Shown here piece after piece: positions 37,001 through 50,486 of a DNA stretch of 64,000 bases; the stretch's first letter is position 1; every line of letters starts with the position of its first letter. Made by a program: the position numbers and the translations under genes. The notes beneath the pieces were generated by a model that saw only the letters and a list, made by a program, of their open reading frames with translations, was not told the DNA's origin and ran no database searches. Source of the stretch: Marsupella aquatica (Eukaryota; Plantae; Marchantiophyta). Where the stretch lies: NCBI GenBank assembly GCA_973895155.1, contig OZ316893.1, positions 4,508,490 through 4,572,489 on the forward strand, given 5' to 3'.

Positions 37001-40000
37001 ATAGGTTAAAATGACCCAACTGGCCAGGGCTAGGGGTAGAGGTGTTTAGAGTTTAGAGTGTAAACCTAAACCCTAAACAATGGAAAGGCTCTGTTTGGAG
37101 GAATGCAGTTCCTCATTGGCTCATTTGTGTGTTGTGTCATAAATTCCATACAATGACAGAAAATGGGGTCATTGATGCTGAATACCCAACTATTTCATGC
37201 ATTAACAATACCTAATGGCTATTTTGGTCCCAATTTTAGTCTTCCTTTGGCCCCCTCTTCTCCATGGTCCCATTCACCACAATATGGGTGAAATATGGAT
37301 TAACTAGGGCGGTGAATGAGGACAATAGTCAGCAATATTAATACTCCAAACAAACAAAGCAAAGGCCACAAATCAACTGCCTTACACCTGGGTTATTGCA
37401 AAATGAACATAGTGTAGGGAGTTTTTATCAAGTTCTTAACGTACCAGGACGTACTAATAAATAAGCAAAAACAAAGCAAAAACATCATTAACTTGTTAAG
37501 GCAAGCTTAATACTAAATTTGCGAGTGTTAAACTTTAGTGTCTCCTTTGCTAACCTTTGCCACAAAGTTTCAATAATAATGAGGAACAAGAGGGAAATTT
37601 AATTGTTTGTGACTCAGTTGGTAGATGGACAAAATGTTTCTCTACAAATAAAGCTTTGTTTGGAGATATTCCACTTTACACAACATCTCTACTATCTGAA
37701 ATGCTTGCACTTATGTAGAGAACCCATTCCCTGGGCCCCAACAAAGATACTGAAGCCCCCCTACACGCATGAAGGTAATTTATATTTTATTGGCCTGTAA
37801 TAATCATAATGCATTTTTTTTGAATGAAGGGATTATATTAACCTTGGATTAGTATATTACAATACAAAAGCCTTATTATATCCATTCAAAATTTTATTTT
37901 TATTTCTAAGGAAAGGTGTGACATAGTCAACAAAAACATGTGTCATTTTTATATTGGTCCACATGTCATTGCATAAAAGTAGGGGTTATGTAACTCAAAA
38001 TATAAAATTAAATATTTTTGTAAGCTATTGAATCTGCACTCTGGGCATAGTGGAGGTTCACGGGCCGTCTAGGGTAGGTTTCACGGGTGGGGTGGGGCGT
38101 GGGCACGTTCTTGGTGAGAGGGATTTGAATCCTCCCACGTGACCTCGCTTCCCTCCTGCACATTGTCCCTCATGCCCATCTTTAGCAGCCGCTGACCGCC
38201 ATAGCTTTCCGTTGGAGAGTTGTGAGACTGTGGGGAGGGATTGATGGTGGTTTGCGATGCTCTCGATCTAGATTTGTGGAAGGTCTGAAAAGAACAAGCA
38301 GATGTAGCTGTACGTGAACATTGCGCACAGTGGATTGGGAGTATTGCTTCAGTGTGACTAGTCTTTGTATAATCCTATTGTTGGTGCTGAGTGGATGGAT
38401 CGGACAGTTCAGAAAGTTCAGGCTTGAATGCCTTCGTCACTGATTGTGTTGTAGCGTTTTAACACATCATTCTTGTTTTGGACAAATTGATGGAATGGTA
38501 GGGCCCTGGGGGTAGGGCGCAGGGCAATACACTGTGTTAGTGTTGTTGAGTTCACGGTTTGATTCAAACCTTGCTGATTGAAATTTTCTAATTGATCAGT
38601 AGGATTATGAACGAGGGTGGTAATCGATTGGAGGACCCACTCAAGGACTACTATTGGACTGGAGAATGTCTGGCCAAGACAAACGATGGCTCCAAGAAGA
38701 GTGGCGCACTCAACTTCAATACTGTGGCATTGCTGACAACCTGATTGGCACAAACGGTCGGAGCTAAATCACAAGAATGCCTTTGTGATTGCTTTGCTTT
38801 CGATGGTAGTTGTGATTGAGAGCCTTTGAGTGGGGAGGAAGGGGCTACAAGGTCGACAAGGCATATACAATTTTGGGCAAGAGCAAGATTTGCAATTGTA
38901 GAGACAAAGGACGGATGCAACAATTTTAGTCACAGGCCTTTTGGTTTCATTTTAGCAGCCGAGGATGCAGCACTTCCAATCGCAAGCCTTCCAGGCTCAC
39001 TTTGGCTGCAAAGGACGTAGCACTTGCAATTATTGCAGGCCTTCCGGGTCTACTTTTTGGCAACAGATCAAGCTAGGACACAGCTTGCAGCGGCACTTCC
39101 AGCCCTTTTGTAGACGGTATGTTAGCTTTTTTCGCTAATTAAAAGAATTTTAGGAAAGAAGAATTGGCACATGAATCATATATTGAAAAGCAATCCGTCA
39201 TTTTGTATGTCTTCACAAGAAGCAGTGCCATACACGTCCATCACTAACTAAAATCCAATAGCCCAGTTGAATAGATTTTGTTGCATTTCAGAGGTAGCCG
39301 CATTTATGGAGCAACGTTTCTAACCGTGTATTGATTCCAAGGCTATTCAAGAACTTATAGTGCCTCTCGGATTTTGATTGTTTATTGCTTAATTTGCTAG
39401 TTGGCCAGTCATATATCTGAACGTCAGCATTTAGCGTGAGATTGTACAGATCAATTCTATGGTATCTGGAGCTATTCCTCACTAAATCCCATCTAGTCAA
39501 GTAATTACGTACTATTGGTCTATTGTTCGGCGCCTCACTCAATTCAGCCAACAAGCCAAAAATGGTTCCGACAGATGGCTACGAAAACACATTGGAAACT
39601 ACTATAAGTTCCAATTATGAGAGATATGATTGATTTTAATGTCTGAGAATTTGAAGGCAAGAAATCTGGCTTTATACTCTTTTCGGGGTCAGTGTTGGTA
39701 GAAACGGATCATATTTCTATGTGAGCAGATTAGTTTAGTCAGTGTTTTATGATATTACAAAACCGAGAAGGATCAAAGCTCCGCGTTGTATTCTCAATCT
39801 GGATTATTTTCCCCTCAAGATCTTTGAAACCTTTTTGGCTTCGTACTACTACTGCCGTGGAATGTTTTGGGAATAATGATTCTACATGTAGACTAGCCAG
39901 GTTAAGCATGGAAAATGCAATTGTCACCGCCCTATACTTGGGAATAATTAAGTTTACCTGACTTAAAAATTGTTCTTTACAAATGTCAGAGTTCGGTCCC

Positions 40001-41914
40001 ACAGATTGCAATATATGACCTTTTAATAGAAACCTTTCAGCATTGGAACTTGGAAGCTCTTGGCCTGCTGCTGCTGTTGTGCCTGCATGACATAGTAAGT
40101 ATTAGCGGACCCACTTGGTCTAGCATTTCATTCCTCCTGCATGACATAGTAGGTACTAGCGGACCCACTTGGTCTGGCATGGATTGTGTCGTGGACTTCT
40201 ACCTAAGTGCTAGAGGAATCATTCAAGCTATGTGATATGATAGCTATGTGACAAGAATCCTGTGATAATTTTGGTTCCAATATAGTGGATGTTTTTGACT
40301 TTTGATTACAGGAATGTACAGTACTACTCACATCTTTTAGAAACGCCCTTCTTCGGGATGGGAACATTTTTGTAATCTCAAATAGTTATTCAATCTCAAA
40401 AGCTTACATCACTGTAGCTCTACGTTTGATTATAGAACTATACAATACTCCCATCTTTTAGAAAAGCACTTTTTGATGATGCAAACATTTTTTAATCTGA
40501 AAAGCTTACATCGTTGCAGCTCCGCTCACACTTTTTGGAAAAGTCCTGCGAAGAATAAATCTTGAACAGTTTTCAATCTCAGAAGTTTTATTATATGTTT
40601 TGCAGCTCTCACCCAGGACTTGCAGCCTACGTAAATTTGTGTGGTGACTTCTTCAATAACAATATGTGTGGTAATGATTGAAGTAGTGCCCTATTGGTGC
40701 AAGCGGTTGTGCCTGGAGAATAATTGTAGTAATCTTATTTTGGTTTTATGGTGGAGACCGTTGTGCGTGAAGAATAATTGTTTTTCTTGGTAATGTTTGG
40801 AAGTGGTTATTTCAGGCTGTGGAGCTTTAAACAAAGGTGGAGGCCCTGTAGAAAAAATTGACACCCTGTCCCAACACGAGTGGCCAGAAATCCATAACAG
40901 GTAGGCCACATAGTGATGTAGCGCCCGCATATCTCATCTTGAATTGTTTGGTTTGGCTTTCCTCATTTCTTAAATTCTATTTTGTTATTCTCACTATTTT
41001 CAAAGGCGACCAATACATCACGAGCATAGGTCATTTTCAAAGAAACTGGGCCACTTTTGGTTATCATCAAGAATCTTGTATTTTGAAGAAGTGTTGAGAA
41101 CGGTCTGCAGCAGCTGTGTGTATTACTTTATGCTAGGAATCTCCTATCTTGTTTGGCATGCACATGGTGATGATCATCTCTGAATAGTTTTGTGTGCACA
41201 ATCCCATGCAAAACTTGGGCCTGTATCATATTTTGTAATTATGTCATAGAAGATACGTCATTCAAACTAAGCCAGCAATGAGATGTGCAAAATATTCAAA
41301 TTTATTCCAGCTAAAGTCAGAGAGTTACTACTTAATTTTCTCTTAGCTGGACTTGACAGATTGGTCTTCTAAGGTATGCACTTGTGCTCTATGGATCATT
41401 GGGGGTACTACCTATCTTTGTCTGAAGTGGAGGGTGGAATTTTGACCATTAACAATCACTTGGCGAGCTTCCATTTTTCACAGTTGCTAAGGAAGGGGAC
41501 TCGACTGAACAAGCAAGTTGTAAGAGCTCTACCACCCAAGGCTCTGCCCAACTATGTTGTAAGTTGGTATGTTTTAATCTTAGCAGTAAATGGTTATCAC
41601 AAAATCAATAGTTCTACAGTTATCTAATATCATGCTTTCTTATTTGGTTGTTGTCCTTGGAGGTGGCTGTCACTACTTCAATTCAAGATGTAACTGGGTT
41701 TTTGAATCACATCGTAGCTACATCCACCAGCATGAAGTGTCTGACCCCTCTGTAAGTCTCTGATCCCGCTTCCTCATGTGGTATATTTTGTGGCACCTGG
41801 TTTTTATGGTTTATGGTGACTGCAAAGAAAAATTCATGATCAGCTACGAACTTACAAGTTCTGTGTGTGACATATAGGATTGCCTTTGCTTCAATACACA
41901 TCTTGCTGTGATCA

Positions 41915-42220
41915 AATTCTTGTTAGTTTGACAGTGAGAATGTTGTGTTGGCTTGTGAGTCATTTACAGACCCCACATTCAAAAGAAGAGATCAGTGCCA
42001 TTGGGGTTGTGAAATTGGATGTTGATGAGTTGAAAGGCACTATGAAGGAGTTGGCAAGCATGATGACTACATGGATGGTCCTTTCTTCTGAGTGCGTGTG
42101 ATTGAAGTGTTTGTAGATGTGGCATTGTCATTTGCTAATGCTGGGGAGAACCAGTCTAAGTTATCTCATGTGAAGGGGATGAATGCCCTGTGGAACTCTA
42201 GATTGCTCAAGAAGCAGTAG
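41915..42220 (+). pseudogene. CACTA TnpA-like 3' exon remnants
   Basis: LQTPHSKEEISAIGVVKLDV... and ...GMNALWNSRLLKKQ match 52369-52692 and 51570-51890 joined by a deletion. Confidence 0.8.
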
Positions 42221-43333
42221 AAGCAGCCATGGGCCAAGAAACACTAGACATGATAGAAGTAGGTTTTGTAGAATGAGAATGACAACTTTGTTTTTCTACA
42301 CACATTCAGAGTTGTTAGGTATTTCAGATTGCAGCACTTGATATACATCTAATAATATTGTGTATGCTTTTTCTCAATGTCTGTTTTCTTCATAAATTTG
42401 CATTGAGTTGAATAACTATTGTGTTCAATAACTATTGTGGGACTTAAGAATGTATCTTGTATGAATATCAATTGGATTCATTAGGTATAGAATGTCTCTT
42501 TAGTGTTTCATTCAGCAAATCTATTGAATGACTTTGTAGTGTATGATTTTTGAATGACATGAATTTTTGTCCAATATGACCATTTAAATTTGTATAACTC
42601 CAAGTCATTGAATACATGACTTGAATGACATATAAAATGATTGATCTAATGGTCATCATGAACTTCTGTAATTGCATCCAATATATGACCCACCTCAAGT
42701 CATTAAAGACATAGCCTTACTGACATATAAAATGACTGATCTTATGGTCATTATAGACATATATAAATGTGTCCAATATGACTCTTTTCAAGTCATTCCA
42801 GACATGTCATTAATGACCAGTGTGTATCTCTACGCGTTTCTTCCCAATTTAACCATGTGTCTATATATGACTTGTCTATAATGTAGTCATTTTGGACACG
42901 TCCAAAATGACCCAAATTTATTGCCACATGGTTAAAATCCTTTGAGCCACATGTCACTCCTTGATTTGTTACATATTGTGCGTCATTTTGGACAAGTCCA
43001 AAATGACAAATGATCTTTGTTTTTTAATTGCCATGTGGCATTATATAATTGGGTACGGATACAATCGACGGTGAACGGTGATTGACCGTTGACGGTGGTT
43101 TTTTGGTCATTTCAGACCGTTCACCATTTATGACCAAATCATAAATTAAGTCATTTCAGACGGTATAAAATGACCACATGTTTTTTGCGTCATTTGTCCG
43201 AAAGGACCGTGACCAAAATGTCCGTTGTGACGCGTCTGGAAAGACGAGAATGACTGCGTCATTGTTTTGTTGAAAAGACCATATAAATAGTCATTATTGC
43301 GGTCATAAAGAACCTTGTTTTGTACTAGTGTGG

Positions 43334-44533
43334 GCTGTCCGCATGATTTCTGATCCGGGCTCTGAGTGGGCTGTATTATTCTCTGCCAACCTCCGGATGT
43401 TCTCTTGGAAGAACTCAGTTCTTCTCCGTCGATCTGGATACTCAACAATGGACAGATTTCTCTTTTCATTCCCTTCTAGCTTTTGTGGTTTGAATTATTC
43501 AGCCGGTATATGGAAGGCCTGGGAGAAGATTCGGGGACACCTACACTGGACTCCAGGCTCCCTTGCTGTTCCTGCTTGGTGGAGTATTGGGGACCTTTTC
43601 AACAAATACTTCTGTTCCCTGAGATTTCCGTTGCTGGCTCTTCCTCGGATCCAAGCAGCATGTTTAAGATTAAATATACGTTTTGTCTTCGATCTTTGGA
43701 ACTGGGAAACTGGTGCCTGGATTGACTTCTCGTATGGTATTAATCGGTTGCGTGGTTTCGACGTATCAGTGAAAGACTTGCTAACCAATCTTCTATTGCT
43801 TGTGCAGGATGGGCCGCCACCTTCTCTGTCTCATTCCTATGTACAATCTCAATGGTATTGGTCAGGATACATTGACCACCCCTACCCCCGTAACCTACCA
43901 AGTACAATAGCATATAAATTCCTTGATAGCTCTCTTTGTGACTATGAATATCTCAATTTCAAATGGGGTTCCTCTGACTCAGCTGCTTCATGGCAACGTA
44001 GGTGGAGGCGGATTTGGCGCTCTGACTTGTCTAACCGTGGTAAAATTTTCCTATGGAGGATTCTAGCTGCTGGTCTTTTTACAGGGAAGCGAGCCCAACA
44101 CTGTGGACACGGGGACGGATGCTGCCCTTCCTGTTTGAACTGTCCGGAAGACAACCGACACATATTTTTTTCCTGTGCACATGCTATCATAGCCTGGAAT
44201 AGAACTGCATGGTTCTATGAAAGGCTGCCTGCCATATCTCATCTCCCGGGAGGTTCCTCTTTTACTAGTCTATTGGACTCCGCTCTTGGTCGTTCTCCAC
44301 GGCTCTCTGCCCGGCTCTTTGTCATCTTTGAAACAGTCTGGCACATCTGGAAAAATAGAAACTTTCGGCTGTTTCAAAATCAACCTATTTTGTTTTCCCC
44401 GTTCTATGTAGCATCCTCTGTAGTTCTCCACCTTCGTTCGGTGGCTATTTGTTCCGTCTCTGAGAAAAAGTGCCAAAGGTTATACTATGCAAAAAAATAT
44501 ATATCTCGCTCCCTCTCCAACCGGTCTGGCTGA
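43334..44533 (+). CDS. LINE ORF2, 3' part (zf-RVT region)
   Basis: WRRIW...KIFLWR...CPSC...EDNRHIFFSC...WHIWKNRN; in frame with the 5' part once the CACTA is removed. Confidence 0.92.
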   Translation, partial: AVRMISDPGSEWAVLFSANLRMFSWKNSVLLRRSGYSTMDRFLFSFPSSFCGLNYSAGIWKAWEKIRGHLHWTPGSLAVPAWWSIGDLFNKYFCSLRFPLLALPRIQAACLRLNIRFVFDLWNWETGAWIDFSYGINRLRGFDVSVKDLLTNLLLLVQDGPPPSLSHSYVQSQWYWSGYIDHPYPRNLPSTIAYKFLDSSLCDYEYLNFKWGSSDSAASWQRRWRRIWRSDLSNRGKIFLWRILAAGLFTGKRAQHCGHGDGCCPSCLNCPEDNRHIFFSCAHAIIAWNRTAWFYERLPAISHLPGGSSFTSLLDSALGRSPRLSARLFVIFETVWHIWKNRNFRLFQNQPILFSPFYVASSVVLHLRSVAICSVSEKKCQRLYYAKKYISRSLSNRSG

Positions 44534-47268
44534 TCCCAACATCCCTGATCCCTTTCTCTACATTCACAGTATTCTTATTGTCTGCAGTCGATCCCTCGAC
44601 TTTACCCCTGTCTTGTCTGGGATACAACGCATCTGCTGGCCTTTCTATGTTCACATCTCTATCATCTCCCGTGTGCCTAACCTATTTCTCCACTCCACCT
44701 ATACTCCTCCAACCTCTATTCGTGGTTCCTAGTTGATCTATTCACGTATCTTTTTCTCAAATCTGTGGGATATTCACACATTCATTACGTTTCTTCTTGG
44801 AGGTGTGTGGCGACCATGATCTTCTTCAGCATCTATTATGGACCCTCAGTTCCTGCTGTCAGCTGTCAATTTGAGGACGCTTCCTCCTCTTCCACTCCAT
44901 GTTCCTGGTGGATTCTGATTCTCCGCCGACAAGTACTTCAGGCTTGACTTTCTATTATTGGCTTGCTATGATCTTGGATTGGGCCCCCCATCCTCTTCCT
45001 CGGTCTACGCATTAAATTTATAGTTTCTACCCAAGGATTTTTACTTTCTTTCCATTTCCTCTTTCCAGATTCTCCTTTCCGCCTGGACTGATATTGTCTG
45101 GGCCCTTGCTCTTTTTCTGGCAATGGTTTACCTCTAATCATTGCTTCCTCTTGGAATCTCCACAGGTGTGATCTCGGTCTGGTTGCTCACTTGGGTTTTG
45201 TTTGGACCTGCTATCATCATCCTCCATTGTGCCCTTCGATCGAAGATGGTGCCTACTTGCGTGATTGACATATTAAATCCTTTCTGTTGGTTGTGGTGGA
45301 GCCCTTCATAGATAATTATCTTGGAGTTCTTGGATCCACCCCATCTGCCGGTCTTCCTTTTCTCCCTCCGGCTGCAATCCCTGGTCACTATATCTCACCA
45401 TTCATCAAGAGCTTACGCGCAATAGAATATGTGAGCTCTGATCTAGCATTGGTTTTTCCGGGACTTCGGAGACCAGCCCATTAATATTGTGATATGGGCT
45501 CTCCCTCTCTGGAATTAATGGTCCATATATTTTCTACCTGGGTTCATCTTTTATGCAGTCCCCTTCTGGGCGGCACATATTGTTGACCCAGTCCGGCCTT
45601 GCCCAGATGTAGTAGGACATGCATGTAAACAAGCATAAGCTCCCCTATCTCATGGCATAGGGACCTGATGGAGATGTTGCGGTGGAGATGCGACCAGTTA
45701 TCGAGAGTCCTGGATTGGAGCATGGTGGACTGGTGGGTTCTTGCGAGTGCAGCGTCAAGTGGTGGCTGTGGTGGTAGATCGGTGGCCATGGTTGGGTGTT
45801 GATCAGCAGTCTCCTTTCATTTTCCTTGTGGGTTATCGGTTTGGGATTCTCGTTTGTGGTCTTTCTTGTTTCTCTCCTAGTTCATTCTCGATCTTAGGTG
45901 ACGCTTTCCCATCCCTAGTTTCCCTCCCCCTTCCTTGATCTGCCTCCCTCTCCGGCGGTCTGTGGGGTTAGTGCCTCTCTTTCCATATGGGTGTGCTCCT
46001 TCTCCAGCCCCCTTAATTTTCCTTGTTTTCCTGTCTCCTTCCATCAGACAGTTGTTTTATTTGCACGGTTTCCGTGTTTTTCAATTAAGTTTTGGGCTTT
46101 GTCCCTTTGAAAAAAAAAATTTAAAAAATTAAAAAATTAAAAAATTAAAACATTGATGTTGCAGAAAAAAATGGATATTTTCCATGTAAAAACACGTGTC
46201 CCAATTACATGGAGGCACGTGGTCCAATATAAACATGACGCATGTCGCATATACATATGGCAGTAAAACCCCTAACTTATATGGACATCTTCCGTGGAAT
46301 ATGTCCCAATTAAAAAATGCCTATTGTGCTTTAAAGTGGCCCAACAATTAAAACGGGCCCTATTGTTCTTCCACCAAACTTCCGAAGTCTTCCGCCGAAC
46401 CCAATTAAATGGCCCTATACTTCGTCGCACGTGATGTGCCACTTCCGTGGAAGTGACCCCCCCGAGAATGGACCTTCACTCATCATGGCCTACGAAAAGC
46501 TCCTAAAACCACAAGCTAGGGTTATTTGTGCTGGTCCATAATGACACCATGAGGGACCTCTCTAATGATCAATATCCATTCATTTGGTACATATGACCTC
46601 CAATATGATAGTCAAAATTACCCCAATTTGAGTCATTTTCATAATGACACACCATTGTTGCATATTGACCAAATAAAGATTACAATAACTCCTCAGAATG
46701 CCCCATCGCTATTCATTTGCAAAACAGAGTATCCCCCATCCAAACACCAATACAAATATCACATAGTTACATGGAATGATGATGTCCAACCCTCCATTCT
46801 TGTTGCACTACCTCTTGGAGAGACAAAAGAAAAAGGGTTCCATTTGCCTTTGGATAAGTGGTATCCATTGATTGTCACTTTTTTGGCAAATCACTCTAGA
46901 GTCATACTACTTGGGAGTGATTTCACCAAGATTGCATCATGCCTTACGTAAATGCAAAACTATGCGTCAAAATTAATTATGGTGCACTAGTGGTAGGAGA
47001 ATAGTAAATATAGTGTTCCACACCTAGTGGAGGGGTTGTCAGCTCTATGTAAAGCCACATGGCACTCTAGGGCCCATCTCCAACCTCTAGCCCCAAACTG
47101 GTCATTTGTGCTGCCTAATCCTGAATGACTACACAAGGGACCCCTCTAATGACTACAAATACATTCTTTTGACACATATGACATCCCATATGACAATTGC
47201 AATGACCCTACATGTAGTTATTGGTAATTATGACATGCAATGGTTCACAAATGACCGAATGAAGACCC

Positions 47269-47508
47269 TTCGGGGGTTTCACTTTCACAAAAATGGCACA
47301 TCGATCATGTGCGACAAAGTATATGGTCATTTTATTGGTTTGAAGGGAAGACTTAAGAATTTTCTGAGAAGAACAATTGGGTTTTTTAAATCAAATATTC
47401 CAACTTTATAGGGGTTGAAAATTAAATATTTTTTCTTACATTTTAGGGGGTCCAAGGCCTAAAATTTCACAGGTGATGGGGAGGCATCCATATAATGAGA
47501 CCCCCAAG
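47269..47508. mobile_element. 240-bp MITE of the P-like family
   Basis: Ends TTCGGGGGTTTCACT / TGAGACCCCCAAG; TSD GAAGACCC/GAAGGCCC (7 of 8 match). Confidence 0.8.
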
Positions 47509-48974
47509 GAAGGCCCTAGTACCTCCAAAGCGAGCCCAATCTATATTCCTTGCAAAATTGGAATATTCCTAGTCTCTACCTCAAACCCGCACACACACCC
47601 TAGAGAGCGAAGCACTACGACCTTGCCCATTCCATTGATGTTGCACTATGTACCTCTTAGAGAGACCAAAAATGTTTTAATTTGCATTTGGATAAGAAGG
47701 TACCATCCATAATGACACTTTGGCAAATCCCTCCAAAGTTGTATGACTTGGGAGTGATTTTTCCAAAGTTGCATCATGCCTAAAGTAAACACAAAAACAT
47801 GGCTCCAAAATATTTATAGCGCAACTAGTGGTCAGAGAATGACGAGTATAGTGTCCCGCACCTAGTGAAGGGGTTGTCAACTCCATGTAGGGCCCCATGG
47901 CACTCTAGGGCCCACCTAAATCTCCTAGACCCAACAGGGTCATTTATGCTAGTCCATAATGACACCATGAGGGACCTCACTAATGACCACATATGCAGTC
48001 ATTTGGTCCAAATGACCTCCAATATGACTGCCAAAATTACTCTTACTGCAGTCATTGGCACTAATGACACACCATCACTCCAAAATGACCCAATGAAGAT
48101 TACAACACCTAGTCACAATGCCCCAACACTATTCTTTGCCAAACGGAGTATCCCCATCAAACACCAACACAAAAATCACACAATTACATACTATTAGAAG
48201 GAGAACAATCTTCCATTGGTGTTGCACTACTTCTTGGAGAGACAAAACAAACGGCTCAATTTTCCTTTGGAAATGATGGTATGACTCTATGGTGACACTT
48301 TTGGCAAATCACTCCAAAGTTGTATGACTTGGGAGTGATTTCCCCAAGGTTCCATCATGCCTTTAGAAGTAAACACAAAAACATGGCTTCAAAGTGCTAA
48401 TGGTGCAACTAGTGGTTGGAGAATAGCAAATATAGTATTTTGCACCTAGTGGAGGCGTTGCAAGCTGTATGTGGGGCCACATGGCACTCTAGGGCCCACC
48501 TCCAACGCTTAGCCCCAAATTGGTCATTCATGCTTGTCTTCAATGACTACACTAGGGACCCCTCAAATGACAACAAGTCCAGTCATTTGATTTATATGAC
48601 ATCCCATATGACCATTTCAATGACCCTACTTGTAGTCATTGGCACTCATGACACGACTTTGTTAAAAAATGACTCAATGAAGGTCCTAGTATCTCTAGAG
48701 AGAGCCCACTCTAGATTCCTTGTAAAATTGGAATATTCCTATACCTTTAAACATCTCACACATCATAGAGGGAAGCACCACTGTCACGCCCATTCCATTG
48801 GTGTTTCAGTACCTCTTGGAGAGCCAAAACAAGGTTTCCTTTGCCTTTGGATCAATGAAATTCAACCATGGTGACACTTTTGGCAAGTCACTCCAAAGCC
48901 GTATGACTTGGGAGTGATTTCCCCAAGGTTCCATCATGCCTTAAGTAAACAAAAAAAATATGGCTCCAAAGTGT

Positions 48975-49259
48975 CTTGGGGGTCTCACTACATGGGGACC
49001 TCCCCATCACCTGCGACGTTTTTAGGCCTTGGACCCCCTAAAATGTAAGAATTTTTTTTATTTTGTAACCCCTATAAAGTTGGAATATTCCAAAAATTGG
49101 ATTAGAAAGGCCCTAATATTCTTATAAGTCTCAAAATTGAATTTAAAAGACCCTATTGTTCTTCTACAAAAATTCTTAAGTCTTCCCTTACAACCAATAA
49201 AATGACCCTATCCTTCGTCACACGTGATATGCCATTTTTGTGGAAGTGAAACCCCCGAG
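48975..49259. mobile_element. 285-bp MITE of the P-like family
   Basis: Ends CTTGGGGGTCTCACT / AGTGAAACCCCCGAG; perfect 8-bp TSD CAAAGTGT. Confidence 0.9.
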
Positions 49260-49975
49260 CAAAGTGTTCATGGTGCAACTAGTCGTTGGACAATAGCACT
49301 GGGTATAGTGTCCCGCACTTAGTGGAGAGGTTGCCACCTTCATGCAGGGCCCCATGGCACACTAGGGCCCACCCAAAGCTCCTAGACCCAAAGGGTCATT
49401 TCTACTGGTACATAATGATGATATTTGTAGTCATTGGTTTTTTTGAGACAAGTATATTCATAAGTGATGGAATGAAGGTCCTAGTACCTCCAAAAAGAGC
49501 CCACTCTAGATTTCTTGCAAAAGTGGAATAAAACCCTAAACCCTTAAACCCTCATGCATATGCACCATAGTAAGAGGGAAGCACCACAACCATGCCCATT
49601 CCATTGTTGTAGCACTACCTCTTGGAGAAACAAAACAAATGGCTCCATTTGCCTTTGGAACATAAAATATTCATCGGACATGATGACGTTTTTGGCAAAT
49701 CACTCCAAAGTTGTATGACTTGGGGGTGATTTCCCCAAAGTTGCATCAACACCTTAGGTAAATGCAAAAACATGTCTCACGATTAATGATGGTGCAACTA
49801 GTGGCTGGAGAATAGTAAGTAGAGTGTCCAGCACCTTGTGAAGGGGTTGTTGGCCCCCCATGTAGTCCCTATCCCCAAACTGGTAATTTGTGCTTCTCCT
49901 AAATGACTGCACAAGGGACCCCTCAAATCACTACAATTCATGTCATTTGGCTTATATAACATCCAATGTGACCAT

Positions 49976-50486
49976 TGTTGAGCATAGACGACACTCGTAA
50001 CGGTAAGCACATGACAGATCCAACGTGCAAGTAGTCGACACAAGAGATACGTGGTTCACCTCCTCGAGGCTACATCCATGGGAACACACAAGAGAACTTT
50101 ACTGAACTCTAAGCCCGTCGACCATACCAAGTCTCCACAGTGTAAGCTCTCCTCATCTCTCAAGTGGCTCCATAACAATGAGCCTAAGTTCCACTTATCC
50201 AAACAAACATCGCTTGGCATATAGTGTGCATCCTAGTTAACCTAACCATGTCTCCGACTACGGTTAGTCTAAGGTGGATTGCATGATTGAGGACTACCAT
50301 TTTAGTCCTTTTTTCTCCATAAGAAAGGACTCCATGAGCACTTAATAGGAGTCCATGAGCACTGAATGTGCCATATATCCCTTGATGGCTAGGATTGAGT
50401 AGTTGAGATTGAAAGGTTAGATCTTGCATGCCAAGTCTTTTGGAAGTGTGTCCACACTTTTTGAAAGTCCTTACCTCTTGGAAGTG
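49976..50486. mobile_element. Probable LTR fragment (copia-like), cut by the CACTA at 50487
   Basis: Repeat array stops abruptly at TGTTG; ACACAAGAGATACGTGGTTCACC...GGCTACATCCA resembles plant copia LTR ends. Other end not in window. Confidence 0.45.

Larger units (their letters stand above)
31334..43330 (+). mobile_element. Non-autonomous CACTA/EnSpm element (12 kb)
   Basis: CACTAGAAGAAAACA...TGTTTTGTACTAGTG termini, 3-bp TSD TGG, ATGAC/GTCAT-rich subterminal regions. Removing it restores LINE ORF2 (LMARW-AVRMIS). Confidence 0.95.
25090..46143 (+). mobile_element. Full-length L1-clade LINE (~9 kb native), interrupted by a CACTA
   Basis: 14-bp TSD ATTAAAACATTGAT (25076-25089 and 46144-46157), A-rich (A6TT)n tail, ORF1 and ORF2. 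Confidence 0.92.
20704..46466. mobile_element. P-element-like DNA transposon copy B (~4.7 kb native, with nested LINE and CACTA)
   Basis: 15-bp perfect TIR CTCGGGGGGGTCACT/AGTGACCCCCCCGAG; 8-bp TSD AATGGACC at 20696-20703 and 46467-46474. Confidence 0.92.
46520..49975 (-). repeat. Diverged array of the ~570-bp CACTA-associated repeat, opposite orientation; also seen at 20535-20610
   Basis: GACACTTTTGGCAAATCACTCCAAAG...GACTTGGGAGTGATTT and GTGTCCCGCACCTAGTGGAGG recur. Confidence 0.85.

Noticed and set aside
38110-38140. B-box-like hairpin GAGGGATTTGAATCCTC as a tRNA or SINE
   Set aside because: No convincing acceptor stem, A box or tail found
856-46466. One 45.6-kb giant transposon bounded by long TIRs at 856 and 46466
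   Set aside because: Flanks do not match (ACTTCTCG versus AATGGACC). The 46466 end shares its TSD with 20704, so 856 is the same-type end of a separate copy.
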